DNA of 64,000 nt from a virus (lineage: Duplodnaviria > Heunggongvirae > Uroviricota > Caudoviricetes): the IMG/VR virus record IMGVR_UViG_3300033073_001657, positions 29,419 through 93,418 of that record; one strand, given 5' to 3'. Position 1 is the first letter of the stretch; each line of letters begins with the position of its first letter. A program made the translations under genes and the position numbers. Shown piece by piece: positions 1-9,674 of this stretch. The notes under the pieces are model-generated. The model was not told the origin of the DNA. It did no database searches and saw only the letters and a list, made by a program, of their open reading frames with translations.

Positions 1-47
1 AATTAAATACGTCTTGCCACTATGTCGGTGGCCCTCTATCATTATTA

Positions 48-590
48 TCATTTTAATTCTATTCTTCTGGATTCTCCAGCATTAAAGTTGTGTAGTCTAA
101 TCACTTTAGATTTATCAACAAAATACATTTTAACTTGATCTTGTAAAAAATCTTGATATTTTCTTAATTGTTCTAATGAGTCCTCATACACAGAGATCTC
201 TCTTACTTCTGGAAGTTGTTCAAGTTCTGATGCAAGAGTATCGATCTTTTGGGTCATTCGACCTAAAAAATACATTTCATCAAACACTATTCCATGCATC
301 TTAAGTAAACGTTCAGCACATGGACGAAGCTCTTCAGTTCGATGTGTTATTAAGATAGTTCTTGCATTTGGATCCTGTGAAGCTGCTTTCCAATCTTCAT
401 ATACTGGACCAATGATCTGAATGTTATGAATTTCAGGATCCATTGATGTTGGATGGTCGTAAAAAGAATACGGATTTGGAAAACTTAATTCTGGATAGAG
501 CCTCTCTACTGAAAACCTATCAGTGTATCCTGGCATTCTAAATAAAGTCTCATCAAAATCAAAGACTAAAATCTTAGTTATTTCATTCAT
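48..590 (-). CDS. HAD-superfamily hydrolase-like protein
   Basis: 180-aa ORF. The N-terminal motif VFDFDETLF matches HAD motif I (DxDxT). There is no other recognisable domain. Confidence 0.5.
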   Translation of the reverse strand: MNEITKILVFDFDETLFRMPGYTDRFSVERLYPELSFPNPYSFYDHPTSMDPEIHNIQIIGPVYEDWKAASQDPNARTILITHRTEELRPCAERLLKMHGIVFDEMYFLGRMTQKIDTLASELEQLPEVREISVYEDSLEQLRKYQDFLQDQVKMYFVDKSKVIRLHNFNAGESRRIELK

Positions 591-603
591 ACTATATTTT
601 ATT

Positions 604-619
604 GATAAATAATAAAAAG
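604..619 (+). promoter_or_regulatory. late-type promoter box GATAAATAATAAAAAG upstream of ORF 634
   Basis: Instance of the recurrent ATAAATAA(C/T)(T/A)AAAA box, about 15 nt before the ATG. The box resembles the T4 late -10 element TATAAATA. Confidence 0.4.
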
Positions 620-633
620 TTTTATCTTAAAGG

Positions 634-1125
634 ATGACTAAATACGTTAAATTATACGAAGACTATCAACAGGAAATCAATAAGACTACTGAGGAGACTG
701 GTCATACTTGGACTCAAATTAGGGATGCGATTCAAACTAAAATTCCATTCGTAATAATTACTTTTAAGAACAGTGAAAGCTATTCTTCTGCACTCGATTC
801 AGATCTTCTTCAAGACGATTATATCAAGCAGACTGCCGCCCTTAGTCACGATGGTAAGCTACTTGATTATCCTTCAATCTTCATGATACTTGACGATGAT
901 GTCGATTTCAAAGATAAGATACCACAAATCTTCGAAAAATATAAGATCAAGACCCTAATTTTTGGTAAAAAGGGAGAAGAATACGTTGATTATTATTTTG
1001 AAGACGGAACATCATCCCCTGCAGGAAACGAGATAGTCTCATCAATCAGTAAAGACGATATGGAGAACGATGAACACTTTAAAATGGGTTCAACTTATTA
1101 TAAATTCATCGATTTCGCCGGTTAA
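634..1125 (+). CDS. hypothetical protein with CTS-like N-terminus (MTKYVKLYED)
   Basis: 163-aa ORF preceded by a late-type box. The N-terminus KYVKLYED is shared with ORFs 3682-4050 and 55415-56413. Confidence 0.55.
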   Translation: MTKYVKLYEDYQQEINKTTEETGHTWTQIRDAIQTKIPFVIITFKNSESYSSALDSDLLQDDYIKQTAALSHDGKLLDYPSIFMILDDDVDFKDKIPQIFEKYKIKTLIFGKKGEEYVDYYFEDGTSSPAGNEIVSSISKDDMENDEHFKMGSTYYKFIDFAG

Positions 1126-1168
1126 ACTTTTATTCTTTTTTAAGTATAAAGGATAAAATACTTTTATT

Positions 1169-1603
1169 ATGAACGAAGAGACAAAAGCAAAGATTTCTAA
1201 AAAGTTTCAAGATCGTAGAGCTGAGGTTTCTAAAGAGATTTATGAAAATATCGAAAAACTTTCAAATCTTAAGACTCTTAAGGAGGCTCAAGTAAACATG
1301 CTCTCTCTTCGCCAAAGATTATTGGAAGACAATCATACTCTATTAGAACACGTTACTCTTCTTAGGAAAAAATACAGAGACGAGCGCTCGATCGAGATGG
1401 AAAACATATCTAGGAACCTTCAAATACGATACCAAGCCAACGAAAAAAATGTTGTGATTGAGGGTAGAACTTCAAACACCAAAGAATCATTGGAGATATT
1501 TGAAAATCAAATCTCCTTTTTTAATGAATCCATTAAGACTATCGATAACATCATATTTGGTATCAAGACTAGACTCGATATAGAAAAAACACTGGGTCTA
1601 TAA
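1169..1603 (+). CDS. hypothetical coiled-coil protein
   Basis: 144-aa ORF. An AGTATAAA box lies just upstream. Confidence 0.5.
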   Translation: MNEETKAKISKKFQDRRAEVSKEIYENIEKLSNLKTLKEAQVNMLSLRQRLLEDNHTLLEHVTLLRKKYRDERSIEMENISRNLQIRYQANEKNVVIEGRTSNTKESLEIFENQISFFNESIKTIDNIIFGIKTRLDIEKTLGL

Positions 1604-1614
1604 AAAAATGGACA

Positions 1615-3192
1615 ATGTTGTTAAAATTTAAGGTATCAAATGATAAGAAATTCATTAAACTTATAGACTCTACGTTAAATAGTGAAAAGTCAAGTCTATT
1701 TAAGTTTTTCAAACGTAAATCAAAAAAAGCAGCATTTAACGTTCTAGTCGATCGTGGAGTATGGGATGGACTTGACTCATTTATCACAAAAGACGGCAAT
1801 ATCGCGATCGGTTTATGGAAAGAGATTTACAATTTTGCCGATAAGTATGGATATGATTGTGAGATTGAAGGTGCTGAAACCTTTGTTAATAATAAGATCA
1901 GTCGAGAGCAGTACTTAAAGTATGTAGAGAAACTTCTTGATGGAATAGTCGATGAACGTGGTTTTCCAATCGTTCCTCGAGACTATCAAATTGAAGGAGC
2001 TTTTAGAGCAATCAAATACAAGTTCTGTACACAAGAATTGGCAACATCCGCCGGTAAAACTCTAATCTTTTTTATCTATAATTCATTCTTACGAGATGGA
2101 GGAAAGATCACAAAGGAGAAAAAATCATTGATAATCGTTCCAAATATTTCTCTAGTCGGTCAGACTGCTGAAAAATTCGAAATGTATGCTCAACCTGATC
2201 GAGAATGGAATGTATGTACGATTGGTGGAAAGGACAAGTTTACTCAAGAGAAGTTTGATGAAGCTGAAGTCGTGATTTCCACATATCAAAGCTTAATTAA
2301 CTTGCCAGTTCAACTATTTAGATCATTTGCGATAGTTCAAGTGGACGAAGTACATAAGTCTAAAGGTAATTCAATTCGAGAGATCCTTCTCTCTTGCGTC
2401 AACTGGGAATATCGTCTTGGTTTGTCAGGTACAGTTAAGTTAGATGAGCAATTTTCGGATTTTTTCAAAGTTCAGGAAAATGTTGGTCCATTAGTGATGG
2501 TTCTTTCAGCAAAACATCTAATCGATCATGGATATTCACCAAATATTAAGATCAAGATAGTCAAACTAAAATATGATGAGTCTGATCCAATGATTCAGAA
2601 ATACTGGCACCTTAAAGAGACCGGTAAAGAGATGTATAATAACCCCAAAGACTTTGGTCGTGATATGTTAGCCATCGAAAAAGGAATTATTTTTGATAGT
2701 AAAGAGAGACTTGACTTTATTAGCGACTTAGCTAAAAAATTCGGAAAAAACTCACTTATTCTCTTTTCAGACGTCAAAAACGGCTATGGAAAGATGATAC
2801 AGTCTAAACTATTGGAATGGAACCCAAATACTTTCTATATAGATGGCGAAGTCGACTCAAAGGAGCGCGATAGATTTAAAGATATACTGGAATCGCAAGA
2901 TGATGTGATTCTAGTCGCTTCGTTCGGTACTTTTGCTACTGGAATTGACTCTAAAAACTTACATCACATTATCTTAGCCGAATCAATAAAAGCTGAAGTC
3001 ACTTTACGTCAAGCAATAGGTCGAGGAATGAGAAAATTAGCGGAAAAGACAAAAGTCCTAGTTTGGGACCTAGTTGATCAATTGGATGGATATTCAATAC
3101 GACATGCTAAAGTACGAAAAGAGATCTATCGAGAGCAGAAATTTGAGACTTCTGAAAATGAAGTAGATTTAACAAAAAAGCGACTCAGTTGA
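1615..3192 (+). CDS. SF2 DEAD/DEAH-box helicase, UvsW-like
   Basis: DYQ motif, Walker A LATSAGKT (T4 UvsW has LPTSAGKS), Walker B DEVH, and the SAT-like LGLSGT motif. Confidence 0.7.
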   Translation: MLLKFKVSNDKKFIKLIDSTLNSEKSSLFKFFKRKSKKAAFNVLVDRGVWDGLDSFITKDGNIAIGLWKEIYNFADKYGYDCEIEGAETFVNNKISREQYLKYVEKLLDGIVDERGFPIVPRDYQIEGAFRAIKYKFCTQELATSAGKTLIFFIYNSFLRDGGKITKEKKSLIIVPNISLVGQTAEKFEMYAQPDREWNVCTIGGKDKFTQEKFDEAEVVISTYQSLINLPVQLFRSFAIVQVDEVHKSKGNSIREILLSCVNWEYRLGLSGTVKLDEQFSDFFKVQENVGPLVMVLSAKHLIDHGYSPNIKIKIVKLKYDESDPMIQKYWHLKETGKEMYNNPKDFGRDMLAIEKGIIFDSKERLDFISDLAKKFGKNSLILFSDVKNGYGKMIQSKLLEWNPNTFYIDGEVDSKERDRFKDILESQDDVILVASFGTFATGIDSKNLHHIILAESIKAEVTLRQAIGRGMRKLAEKTKVLVWDLVDQLDGYSIRHAKVRKEIYREQKFETSENEVDLTKKRLS

Positions 3193-3206
3193 GTCGCTTT
3201 TTTATT
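3174..3206 (+). terminator. rho-independent terminator
   Basis: Stem gcgactc / gagtcgc with loop agtt, followed by ttttttattt. Confidence 0.6.
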
Positions 3207-3221
3207 TAGAATGCATAAATA

Positions 3222-3623
3222 TTACCATTGCCATCTTCCACTAGAAAATTCTTCATTTGATATTTCTTCAATGCTAATTTCTCCACCAATCTCTTCTTCA
3301 AGCAGTGTCTCTATTAGACGTTTAAGAAACTCTTCTGTAAATACCGTTTTTACTCTAAAGTATGCAGTGTTTCCTACTATATTAACTCCATCATGTTTAC
3401 GGAACATTAAGTAATCGGGTTTAAGCTGAGTAAATTTACGAGTCAACATCCCTTCGCTCCTAGATTGACTTTCAGTACCGACATATTCTGGAGATAGTTC
3501 TACTTTAATTCGATATGCTCTAGGTATTAGGTAAACCATTGTATCCCTATGCTGATTTTGCGTAATAGAATCATCTAGATTTTCATTAATAAACTTAGAA
3601 AAAGTTGGAATATATTCTTTCAT
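3222..3623 (-). CDS. virion/internal protein candidate with CTS (MKEYIPTFSKFINE)
   Basis: 133-aa ORF. The N-terminal FxxFINE motif is present and a late-type box lies at 3626-3650. Confidence 0.6.
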   Translation of the reverse strand: MKEYIPTFSKFINENLDDSITQNQHRDTMVYLIPRAYRIKVELSPEYVGTESQSRSEGMLTRKFTQLKPDYLMFRKHDGVNIVGNTAYFRVKTVFTEEFLKRLIETLLEEEIGGEISIEEISNEEFSSGRWQW

Positions 3624-3681
3624 AATTTTTTATTTTTATTTATCTTTTTGTGATTTTTTTTAGTTAGTCAAAATAATATTT

Positions 3682-4050
3682 CTATCCAGTAGAATCAATA
3701 AATTTCATCTCCTTTGCAGTCATTCCATCAGGTTTCGGATGGCTCTTGCATCGAGCTCGATGAGTGTGTATGAACCAACCGTTCTTATCCACTCCCATCG
3801 AATATCCGGAAGGATATTTACCCTCACGAATCTTCTTTTTTAAGTCCGGATGCAGACTTAGTCCTGTGACTATTCCTTTTTTTGCATTAGTAATATATTG
3901 AATGTATTTACACGCTTCTTCTTTGTATTCCTTTGGCAGGTTTTTCAAGTTCATGATAGATTTAGCTTTCTCATCACTATCATATTTAAAAGAGTGACCG
4001 TATCTACTCTTCTCAACGACTATTTCTTCGTATAATTTAATGTATTTCAT
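3682..4050 (-). CDS. hypothetical protein with CTS-like N-terminus (MKYIKLYEE)
   Basis: 122-aa ORF. The box GAATAAATAAATGT lies directly upstream. Confidence 0.55.
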   Translation of the reverse strand: MKYIKLYEEIVVEKSRYGHSFKYDSDEKAKSIMNLKNLPKEYKEEACKYIQYITNAKKGIVTGLSLHPDLKKKIREGKYPSGYSMGVDKNGWFIHTHRARCKSHPKPDGMTAKEMKFIDSTG

Positions 4051-4054
4051 ACAT

Positions 4055-4816
4055 TTATTTATTCAGTTTTTCAGAATTTTCTATTTTCTCAAAGACTTCT
4101 TCTAGTTTCATGATGATCGGGTGACGTACGATATCTTCTTTAGATAACTGCGCAATTCCGATCTCTTCAACCTCTACAAAATATTCAATTAGGATTTCAA
4201 GAGCACTCTTTTGTCCCTTATTCACCGATTTTTGTTTAATATCTCCTAAAAATACCATTTTAGAATCGCTTCCGATTCGAGTCAATAGAGTGTGTAGATG
4301 GTCTTTCGCTATCTGCTGAGCCTCGTCAATTAAGATGATAGCATTATCTAGAGTCACGCCTAATGCAAACTTAATTGGCAAGATCTCAATGTTTCCGCCA
4401 GCCTTAAGAGACTCAGTTGCCTGTTTTCCAATCACCTTATGAAAGTTCGAGATGAATGGATACATATACATCTCCATCTTCTCTTCTAATGTCCCTTTTA
4501 GATAACCTATCTCCTCATCTTTAGGTACGTTAACTGATTTTATTAAGATAATCTTTTTATAGGTCCCAGGATCATCTTTTAAATATTTCAGTGCTCTTGC
4601 ACAAGAAAGATAAGTCTTACCTGTTCCTGGAGGTCCAGTTATTATTGAAATATCGTGATTTTCAATAGCTGTTAGTGCATCCTTTTGGGCTTTTGACTTG
4701 CATTTTATCTCTATTTTATTATTAAACGCTTTTGCTGCAAGTAATGCTTCACGTTCTCTTTGCCAGGATTCTACATCTTCTAGTTCCTCTCTGCTTAGTT
4801 TTCTTTTTTGTGCCAT
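4055..4816 (-). CDS. phoH: PhoH-like ATPase
   Basis: Walker A GPPGTGKT, Walker B LIDEAQ, and VFLGDIKQ. This is the PhoH family common in marine and T4-like phages. Confidence 0.75.
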   Translation of the reverse strand: MAQKRKLSREELEDVESWQREREALLAAKAFNNKIEIKCKSKAQKDALTAIENHDISIITGPPGTGKTYLSCARALKYLKDDPGTYKKIILIKSVNVPKDEEIGYLKGTLEEKMEMYMYPFISNFHKVIGKQATESLKAGGNIEILPIKFALGVTLDNAIILIDEAQQIAKDHLHTLLTRIGSDSKMVFLGDIKQKSVNKGQKSALEILIEYFVEVEEIGIAQLSKEDIVRHPIIMKLEEVFEKIENSEKLNK

Positions 4817-4819
4817 AGG

Positions 4820-5452
4820 TTAATATATTTTAGCTGCGATCACGATCCCAAGTAGGATCTTTGTATAGTGGATTTGAAAATTAAGGAATGCCTGCACTGC
4901 TTTAAATTGTTTTTCTGAGAATTCAGTAGATTTTAGTGTAGCTTCACTTAATTTTTGCAAACCCAATTTTATTTTTGAGTTGAGAGCAGTGTCGTAAATC
5001 ATCAAGAATTCTGATACTAACTCGTTAAAGTCAATTCCTGTGATTGCGTCACAATTTAAAAGTTTTGAAAATTTTCTTCCTAATTTAATAGCTTTGATCT
5101 TTAGAATAAGGTCTTCGCTAGAGAGTGCCTCATCTAGTGTTTTACGAAGAGCGTCAATTTTCTTTATATGAATTGCCTCTTCAGCTATCCATTCAACGTC
5201 CCCTCTGTATAGTGCGATTGAGACGTCCGATCCTTCTTCAACATAGTAGAAGTTAAGGCTTTGTATCTTTCCAGTATCCCCAAACTCCTTCACTAAAATC
5301 GGCGAAACTCCAAGTTGTATAAAGTCTTCACCTCGTTCAATCATCAGTATGTCATAATCCCTAAATGGAAATTCTGCCATAAATGGAAGAACAGTTAATA
5401 GTTCCGAAGTTCTGTCTACCGTTCCATCTTGATCACGGTCATCCATACCCAA
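4820..5452 (-). CDS. hypothetical protein
   Basis: 210-aa ORF with a late-type box at 5461-5476 upstream. Confidence 0.5.
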   Translation of the reverse strand: MGMDDRDQDGTVDRTSELLTVLPFMAEFPFRDYDILMIERGEDFIQLGVSPILVKEFGDTGKIQSLNFYYVEEGSDVSIALYRGDVEWIAEEAIHIKKIDALRKTLDEALSSEDLILKIKAIKLGRKFSKLLNCDAITGIDFNELVSEFLMIYDTALNSKIKLGLQKLSEATLKSTEFSEKQFKAVQAFLNFQIHYTKILLGIVIAAKIY

Positions 5453-5564
5453 ACTTCTTTTTATTATTTATTCCAACTTTGTCAAATTAAGATTTAATGT
5501 CAATTAAAGATTTAGTATTTTAGTCAGGTCTGAAACTGTATTGTTCAGATAAGTATAACACTAT

Positions 5565-6998
5565 ATGGAAGATAAAGCGAAACACATCAAAAAACTCGAT
5601 CTTAAACAAAATGCGATAAAGATCTTAATTAACTCAATTTACGGTGCCTTTGGAAACAAGTGGTTCTATTTCTATAATCCAGACATTGCCCAATCTATTA
5701 CCCTACAAGGACAAGACTTGATCAAGTTTTCGATTAAAGCAGTAAACCACTATTTTTTAGAAAAGTGGCATACTGACACTGAACTTCATAAGTTATTAGG
5801 AATCGATGGTTACACAATCAATAAAATTGAGGATGAAGCCGCCATCTATACTGATACTGACTCGATCTATGTACAGTTTGACTCTGCTCTTGATTCAATA
5901 GTCGGTGCTGATTTTACAAAAGACGAAGCTTTAAATATCTGTATCAATATAGATCGATATCGACTTTCAAGTTATTTTGATATGTGCTTTGAGAAGTATG
6001 GAAGGCTCTTCAATACTAAAAATAGACTTAAATTCAAATTAGAGAACCTCTCTGAAACTGGTATCTGGCTTAAGAAAAAGAATTATGCTATTCGAGTAGC
6101 GTATGAGCCTAATCCAAATTATGAATTAGAACCTCAAGAAAAAAGATATTTGATCATCAAAGGATTAGAACCAGTCAAAGGATCCTATCCTATTTGGGCT
6201 AGAGATAAATTAATTGAATTGACCTCATTTATCATGGATAGAGGTAAAAAACTAGATATCGAAAAGGATATTATTCCTAGACTTACTGTCTTAAAAGAAG
6301 AAGCTATCTCACTGCATCCGGATGAACTCGCATTCAATTTCAATATCCGAATCTATAACAAGTATGTTGCTAGTGAAGAAAAGCTAGAACTTAGAAAAGG
6401 TATCTCAATTTTTCCTCGAGCTGCTGCGATTTACAATCACATCTTAATTAAAACTGGACTTACTGAAAAATATCCAAAGATCAGAGAAAAAGACAAGATC
6501 AAATTCTATTACTGTAATCCTGCAACTAATGAGGGTGGACATGACGTATTTGCATATTCTCCTGGGACTTATCCCGATGAGATAGCATTACTTATGGATA
6601 TCGATGCTCAGTTCTTTTCACTAATCGTCGAACCAGTAAATCGTCTTCTTACTGCAATGAAGATGAGTTCGCTAGACTCAAACCTAAAAAGAGCAGTTGA
6701 TGTAGTAACAGTAAAGAGCAAAAAGGTACTCACTGACGCTGATATATTTCCTCTCTATATAGTTGATCAAGAAACACTACAATACGTAGAAGTTCCAGAA
6801 AAATTCTGGAGAGTGATCGGTAATCCAGATGCAAATATTCCAGAAGAAGATTTTCAAGAATATTTAGGTGTGATTACACGATATGGATTAAATACTACAA
6901 TCGTTCCCAAACCTGAACTTGAAAAGTACCTAAAGAGAATGACTAAGAAGAAGGAAAAAGCTGAACCTGTTCTTGAATTAGAGGAAGAAAATGATTGA
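5565..6998 (+). CDS. family-B DNA polymerase, C-terminal (palm/thumb) fragment only, gp43B-like
   Basis: The ORF starts immediately before motif B KILINSIYGAFGN (T4 gp43 has KILINSLYGALGN) and also contains motif C YTDTDS (T4 has YGDTDS). There is no exonuclease or motif A region, and no partner ORF is adjacent. Confidence 0.8.
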   Translation: MEDKAKHIKKLDLKQNAIKILINSIYGAFGNKWFYFYNPDIAQSITLQGQDLIKFSIKAVNHYFLEKWHTDTELHKLLGIDGYTINKIEDEAAIYTDTDSIYVQFDSALDSIVGADFTKDEALNICINIDRYRLSSYFDMCFEKYGRLFNTKNRLKFKLENLSETGIWLKKKNYAIRVAYEPNPNYELEPQEKRYLIIKGLEPVKGSYPIWARDKLIELTSFIMDRGKKLDIEKDIIPRLTVLKEEAISLHPDELAFNFNIRIYNKYVASEEKLELRKGISIFPRAAAIYNHILIKTGLTEKYPKIREKDKIKFYYCNPATNEGGHDVFAYSPGTYPDEIALLMDIDAQFFSLIVEPVNRLLTAMKMSSLDSNLKRAVDVVTVKSKKVLTDADIFPLYIVDQETLQYVEVPEKFWRVIGNPDANIPEEDFQEYLGVITRYGLNTTIVPKPELEKYLKRMTKKKEKAEPVLELEEEND

Positions 6999-8124
6999 TC
7001 TATTGACTGGATATAACATACATCAGTTCATAAAGGATCTCTTAAAAAAGAGATTCCCAGAAGACCGATTTAAACAAGAAGTATATGAATCGGGCGATAA
7101 GATAAACTTTGCCTGTCCATACTGTGGCGATTCTAAATCTGACTCTAGAAAAAAGAGAGGAAACTTATACCCAGACCGAGGATTCTATAAATGCTACAAC
7201 GATGGTTGTGGAGTAAAATCAGATATCCCTAAATTTATTTCTAAGTTTGCACTCAAATATTCATTAGGAGTACCTGATGTCAAGCCCGAAGTCAATTGGG
7301 TTCCTCAAACTTCTAAAAAGAAGAGAGGGTCTTTAATTGAGCTACTCATCAACAAGAATGCAAGTGACCACCTCTTGAAAATAGAAGAAGTCGCTCGTAG
7401 ATTTTCATTGACTCCATGTAGCGAGATTGAGCCAGAAACTGAACTTGGAATATTCATAAAGAATCGAGCTCTTGACACTCTTCCTGCATTTCAAAAGTGT
7501 AGTTATTTTGATTCGAGAGAAGACAAGATATATCTCTTTAACCTAGACCAGAGGACAGGCAAGATCCTAGGCTTTGCAATACGTCGAATTGGAGAAGGAA
7601 TTAGTGGACCGAAATATCTAATTAAAAACTATTCTGAGTTAAAAAAGAACGGACTTGTTCGAAATGTTGAAGATGATATTATCACTGATATCGATTCAAT
7701 CAACAACTATTTTAACGTGCTAAATGTTGACTTTTCAAAGCCCATTCTAGTGACAGAAGGTCAGATTGACGCAATGTTCCTAAATAATTCAATTGCGACC
7801 ACTGGTATTTCCAAAAGTAAACTCCTATTGGAAAATCTATTAAGTAAATCAAATACTTTAATCCTATTCGATAGCGACATGGCAGGTAAGAATCAATCAG
7901 TTGATCTAATTAAGAAAGGTTATCGAGTGTTCCTATGGAATAAAGTAATGGCTGATCTTCGTAAAAAATACAATTCGGATTATCGAAATGTCCGACTAAT
8001 CAAAGATGTTAACGACCTATATTCTTTCATGTTGAAACATGATGCGTCTCTTACATTTGATTCCTTTAATGAATTTGTTCTACAATACTTTTCAGAATCT
8101 CCACTAGATTTGCTTTATGTGTAA
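6991..8124 (+). CDS. DNA primase (zinc ribbon + TOPRIM)
   Basis: Zinc ribbon CPYCGDS...CYNDGC, TOPRIM motifs LVTEGQIDAM and ILFDSD. The ORF overlaps the polB stop by 8 nt. Confidence 0.7.
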   Translation: MIDLLTGYNIHQFIKDLLKKRFPEDRFKQEVYESGDKINFACPYCGDSKSDSRKKRGNLYPDRGFYKCYNDGCGVKSDIPKFISKFALKYSLGVPDVKPEVNWVPQTSKKKRGSLIELLINKNASDHLLKIEEVARRFSLTPCSEIEPETELGIFIKNRALDTLPAFQKCSYFDSREDKIYLFNLDQRTGKILGFAIRRIGEGISGPKYLIKNYSELKKNGLVRNVEDDIITDIDSINNYFNVLNVDFSKPILVTEGQIDAMFLNNSIATTGISKSKLLLENLLSKSNTLILFDSDMAGKNQSVDLIKKGYRVFLWNKVMADLRKKYNSDYRNVRLIKDVNDLYSFMLKHDASLTFDSFNEFVLQYFSESPLDLLYV

Positions 8125-8139
8125 ATAAATAATAAAAAA
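8123..8139 (+). promoter_or_regulatory. late-type promoter box TAAATAAATAATAAAAAAT
   Basis: Lies about 10 nt upstream of ORF 8149. Confidence 0.4.
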
Positions 8140-8148
8140 TCAAGATTC

Positions 8149-8457
8149 ATGAAAAGAATCATGTCTTTTAGAGAATATAAATTAAATGAGATGGAGGAAA
8201 TTGAAACTCCATTTGAATTGGACGAGTCGTTGCTTGACGAACTTGTTGAAATCGTCGGATCTGAAGAAGATATCGAAGAAGCTGCTGAGGAAGCTTATAA
8301 TGATCTTGCAGAAGCCGCTGAAAACGGAGAACTTGAAATGTCAGAGGAAGACATGCCAGAAAAACTGGTAGTTGCTGCACTTCTCGTTAAATTAGTAGAA
8401 AAAGGAAAACTTGGTCCAGAAGATGCAGATGGACTGATCGAAAAATACCTAGGATAA
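8149..8457 (+). CDS. small, highly acidic protein with CTS-like N-terminus (MKRIMSFREYKLNE)
   Basis: 102 aa. The protein is very rich in Glu/Asp, and the late box lies upstream. Confidence 0.55.
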   Translation: MKRIMSFREYKLNEMEEIETPFELDESLLDELVEIVGSEEDIEEAAEEAYNDLAEAAENGELEMSEEDMPEKLVVAALLVKLVEKGKLGPEDADGLIEKYLG

Positions 8458-8495
8458 TGCTCTAGCTTTTACCATGTTAGACGTATGTTTGTTTT

Positions 8496-8527
8496 ACCTC
8501 GTTCCTGCCAGAACGAGGTTTTTTCTT
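8496..8527 (+). terminator. rho-independent terminator
   Basis: Stem cctcgttc / gaacgagg followed by ttttttc. Confidence 0.6.
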
Positions 8528-8543
8528 GAAATAAATAATCAAT

Positions 8544-9044
8544 ATGAAGCAAGAAAGAGACATACACGATTTTCTTAAACCACAAAGAGGAAAAGTCAAA
8601 CAGGGTTACTTTACTCCAATGAATCCTGAAAAATATTCTGGCGATGTAAGTAAGATCATCTATCGTTCGAGTTGGGAACTTAAATTCTTGACATATTGCG
8701 ATAACACTGAAGCCGTCGTTGAATACGCTTCAGAACCCATGCCGATTAAATACTGGAACCCTATCTTAAAAAAGGAATCTACTTATTGGGTTGACTGTTA
8801 TATGGCCACAAAGTCACCTGAAGGTGAGATCACTAAATGGCTGATTGAAGTAAAACCTCAAAAGTATCTTAGTCCACCGGAACCGCCTAATCGACTTACT
8901 GAAAAAGCTACTCTTAATTATGCTCGTCATGCTAAAGCGTATATCATCAATGATGCAAAGTTTAGAGCAGCAAAAGTGTATGCAAAAAAGAATAATATGC
9001 GATTCGGCATAATAACAGAAAACTTTCTGTTTAATAAAGTGTAA
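8544..9044 (+). CDS. hypothetical protein
   Basis: 166-aa ORF. Box GAAATAAATAATCAAT lies upstream. Confidence 0.5.
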   Translation: MKQERDIHDFLKPQRGKVKQGYFTPMNPEKYSGDVSKIIYRSSWELKFLTYCDNTEAVVEYASEPMPIKYWNPILKKESTYWVDCYMATKSPEGEITKWLIEVKPQKYLSPPEPPNRLTEKATLNYARHAKAYIINDAKFRAAKVYAKKNNMRFGIITENFLFNKV

Positions 9045-9052
9045 AATATTAG

Positions 9053-9673
9053 GTGAAGAATTTCAACGACATATCAAAAAACAATGGTACACTTCCTCTA
9101 AATGTGGTTGCTAATAATTTTGGCATCGTTCAAAGTAGAGGCCAAGTTATTCCAGGAAGATTCTATTCACTTAAAACTCGAACTGATGTTCCAGCATTGA
9201 CTGAAGAACTTGTTCATGCTATTTCTGGTAAAAACTACTTAGACTTAAATCCAGTGGGTCTTCTTCTTTTTCATGATAATTGGAAAGAGACCGCTCTCAT
9301 ATTGAATCTAAAGGTCATGCCGCCTAGAGCAAGTGCAAAGATACTTGAAGCATATTGGAGATTTTCTCAACTTAATGGATTAAACAATCTTTTTGATAAT
9401 GACGGTAATCTTCGTTCGATCGAGGAGAGACGACTGATTGATCAGAGATTTTATTTAATCACTCCTACTGCACTTAGCACAATACTTGGAGTAAACAACT
9501 TAAATTACGCAATAAATAAATATAACATGGACCAAGTACTAGAAGCTAGGTTAATTGACTGGGATAACTTCGGTATGTTAGTCAACCCTACGATTACAGT
9601 AGATGGTTTATATCCAGATCCAATAAATCTGGCAAAAGTCTACGAAGACTTTTTAACAAATACATTAGTATAA
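9053..9673 (+). CDS. hypothetical protein (GTG start)
   Basis: 206-aa ORF with aggtga just upstream of a GTG start. Confidence 0.4.
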   Translation: MKNFNDISKNNGTLPLNVVANNFGIVQSRGQVIPGRFYSLKTRTDVPALTEELVHAISGKNYLDLNPVGLLLFHDNWKETALILNLKVMPPRASAKILEAYWRFSQLNGLNNLFDNDGNLRSIEERRLIDQRFYLITPTALSTILGVNNLNYAINKYNMDQVLEARLIDWDNFGMLVNPTITVDGLYPDPINLAKVYEDFLTNTLV

Positions 9674-9674
9674 T

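Noticed and set aside
3211-3414. 67-aa plus-strand ORF overlapping ORF 3222-3623 on the minus strand
   Set aside because: The minus-strand ORF has the CTS N-terminus and a late promoter box. The plus-strand ORF is low-complexity Ser-rich antisense translation.
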